From a virus (Duplodnaviria > Caudoviricetes): a stretch of 64,000 nucleotides of DNA. The notes beneath the pieces are model-generated. The model did not search any database. It worked only from the letters and a program-made list of their open reading frames with translations, and was not told the DNA's origin. Positions within the stretch are counted from its first letter, which is position 1. The number at the start of each line of letters is the position of its first letter. Below are positions 62,677 through 64,000 of the stretch, piece after piece. The DNA is taken from positions 1,161 through 65,160 of IMG/VR virus record IMGVR_UViG_2821042281_000001; one strand, given 5' to 3'. The position numbers and the translations under genes are program-made.

Positions 62677-64000
62677 ATTTTTCCATCTGTTCTTTTCGCC
62701 ATTCCAGAGAACCGCCCGTACCATATCGTGGGCGGTCAACTGTATGTCCCATCAACATTCGGCGCAGTTCATCGTCCAGGCCCGCCTCCTTCATGCGGTC
62801 CTCGAATGAATGGCGAAGCGAATATACGGTATAGCCCGCGCCCTTCGGAAAAAGCTCGTTGTCTTTGAAATACTTATTCAGCGTCGCCGATAGCGTGTCT
62901 TCCTTGTTTTTGTAACGAGGGAAGCCATTCCGATGTTTCTTAAAAACCTCATGCGATATGCCGACCAACGGCAGCTTGCGAACAGACGAAGCGGTTTTAA
63001 TCTCACGCGGATCTGCAGCGTCTTTTCGAGGCGCAATCAGGATATGCGGAACCTTGTCGGCAAGAAATATGTGCTCGGCCGTAATGTTGCAAAGTTCACT
63101 TGGTCGACAGCCCGTTTCAATCATCGCTAGGACGATGCCGCGAGCTTCATCATTCAGACTGGCGAGTGGTCCGTAGGTTAGGAACTTCTCCCGGATTATT
63201 GTGGTCGGGATCGGCGGCCTCGACTTTTCGACCTTCTCTGCAAAGCTCAAATCGCGGAAAGGGTTCGGCCGATCCCTATCTCCCATGTGCTTGAAATACT
63301 CAGCAAAAAGAACTCGCATCCCGCCCATCATGCGGTTGCCCATGCTGGCCGATATCGGCTGCTTCCCTTTGGCTGGCTTCGTTATCATTTGCAGCCAAAC
63401 CTTATAAAATTTCTGCGCGTCCTCGCGCGTAATCTCCGCAATAGCCTTATCTGAAACGATCTTCACAAAATGGTCGATCGCCCGCTGCTTGTGTGCGCGC
63501 CACCGCTTTTTCTGAATTTCGCTCTTACCCGTCAATTCGTCGGGAGTGATTTCGTCAAAGTAGATTTTCAGGGCTTGCGTCACAGACACTGACGGGATGC
63601 TTGCGGCGCCCACTGCGGCCGCGTCTTCTACTGGATTGCCAGTTATTAGGTTTAGTCGGGCCGCTAGAGCGTCATCTGGCATCGCAAGCAGCTTATCGGC
63701 TGGCACATATGATATACCGATGGCTTCCGCGCGCTTAATGGCAGCATCATAAAGTGCGCGAGCCTTATCGCCATCCGCTCCAGCCTTCAGCATTGACCAA
63801 AGTGCATCGTCAGCAGATTCGTACTCGTTTCGCTTTGTCATCGCCCGAGCGAGATCGGTGGTTTTTAGGCTTATGCGGACGATAGGAGCGCGACTATCCT
63901 TGTCTGCCACAGACTTGGGAACACGGCGAACGTACTGATAAACGCCGTCGCGATCTTTCAAATAACGATGAGGGTCTGATTTAATGCGATAGCCAGCCAT
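62645..64000 (-). CDS. int: Tyrosine integrase with N-terminal arm-binding (DUF6538-type) domain
   Basis: TGCRPSE, KT, YSLRH, MGH, Y catalytic motifs; YQYVRRVP. Confidence 0.95.
   Translation of the reverse strand: MAGYRIKSDPHRYLKDRDGVYQYVRRVPKSVADKDSRAPIVRISLKTTDLARAMTKRNEYESADDALWSMLKAGADGDKARALYDAAIKRAEAIGISYVPADKLLAMPDDALAARLNLITGNPVEDAAAVGAASIPSVSVTQALKIYFDEITPDELTGKSEIQKKRWRAHKQRAIDHFVKIVSDKAIAEITREDAQKFYKVWLQMITKPAKGKQPISASMGNRMMGGMRVLFAEYFKHMGDRDRPNPFRDLSFAEKVEKSRPPIPTTIIREKFLTYGPLASLNDEARGIVLAMIETGCRPSELCNITAEHIFLADKVPHILIAPRKDAADPREIKTASSVRKLPLVGISHEVFKKHRNGFPRYKNKEDTLSATLNKYFKDNELFPKGAGYTVYSLRHSFEDRMKEAGLDDELRRMLMGHTVDRPRYGTGGSLEWRKEQMEKFTLPFDAAVI

Larger units (their letters stand above)
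1..64000. mobile_element. Temperate HK97-like siphoprophage; both att ends probably lie at or beyond the window edges
   Basis: Ordered modules: integrase, immunity, replication, terminase, portal, protease, capsid, tail, lysis; no obviously broken core gene. Confidence 0.95.

Noticed and set aside
1-64000. attL/attR core repeats
   Set aside because: Window starts inside SRAP and ends at the integrase start codon, so boundaries cannot be seen

Overview
The window is almost entirely one temperate HK97-like siphoprophage from an alphaproteobacterium. A Rhizobiales host is inferred from gene families and promoter types. From right to left it contains: a tyrosine integrase starting at base 64000; a rightward early operon of small ORFs; a cI repressor flanked by six 14-bp operators and two sigma70 promoters; a long leftward arm (two ParB-like proteins, Sak4-like ATPase, SSB, a beta sliding clamp, Cas4-like exonuclease, SF2 helicase, two DNA methyltransferases, Prim-Pol, VRR-NUC); a tRNA(CAT); packaging, head and tail genes; an AT-rich glycosyltransferase/FkbM island; a GH19 endolysin with spanins; a nucleotide-metabolism-like trio; and a left-end cluster of host-type genes (Csp, NepR-like, DUF982, Flp pilin, SRAP). 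The most striking observations are regulatory. (1) An ssrA-tag-like peptide (ANDN, often followed by a C-terminal AA) is encoded in about a dozen non-structural proteins and in a 13-aa mini-ORF. (2) An ACACGAGGAG leader occurs in 13 exact copies, some preceded by CCACCAA-loop hairpins. (3) A three-hairpin CUCCUCCC ('cuckoo'/alpha-r14-type) sRNA lies next to a small RNA carrying the complementary motif. (4) Four sigmaEcfG-type promoters drive morons, one of them an anti-sigma NepR-like gene. (5) A C5 methyltransferase is split over two nested reading frames. (6) A 29-bp inverted repeat encloses a 38-aa ORF ending in a clamp-binding-like motif. All calls come from reading the sequence; no searches were run.
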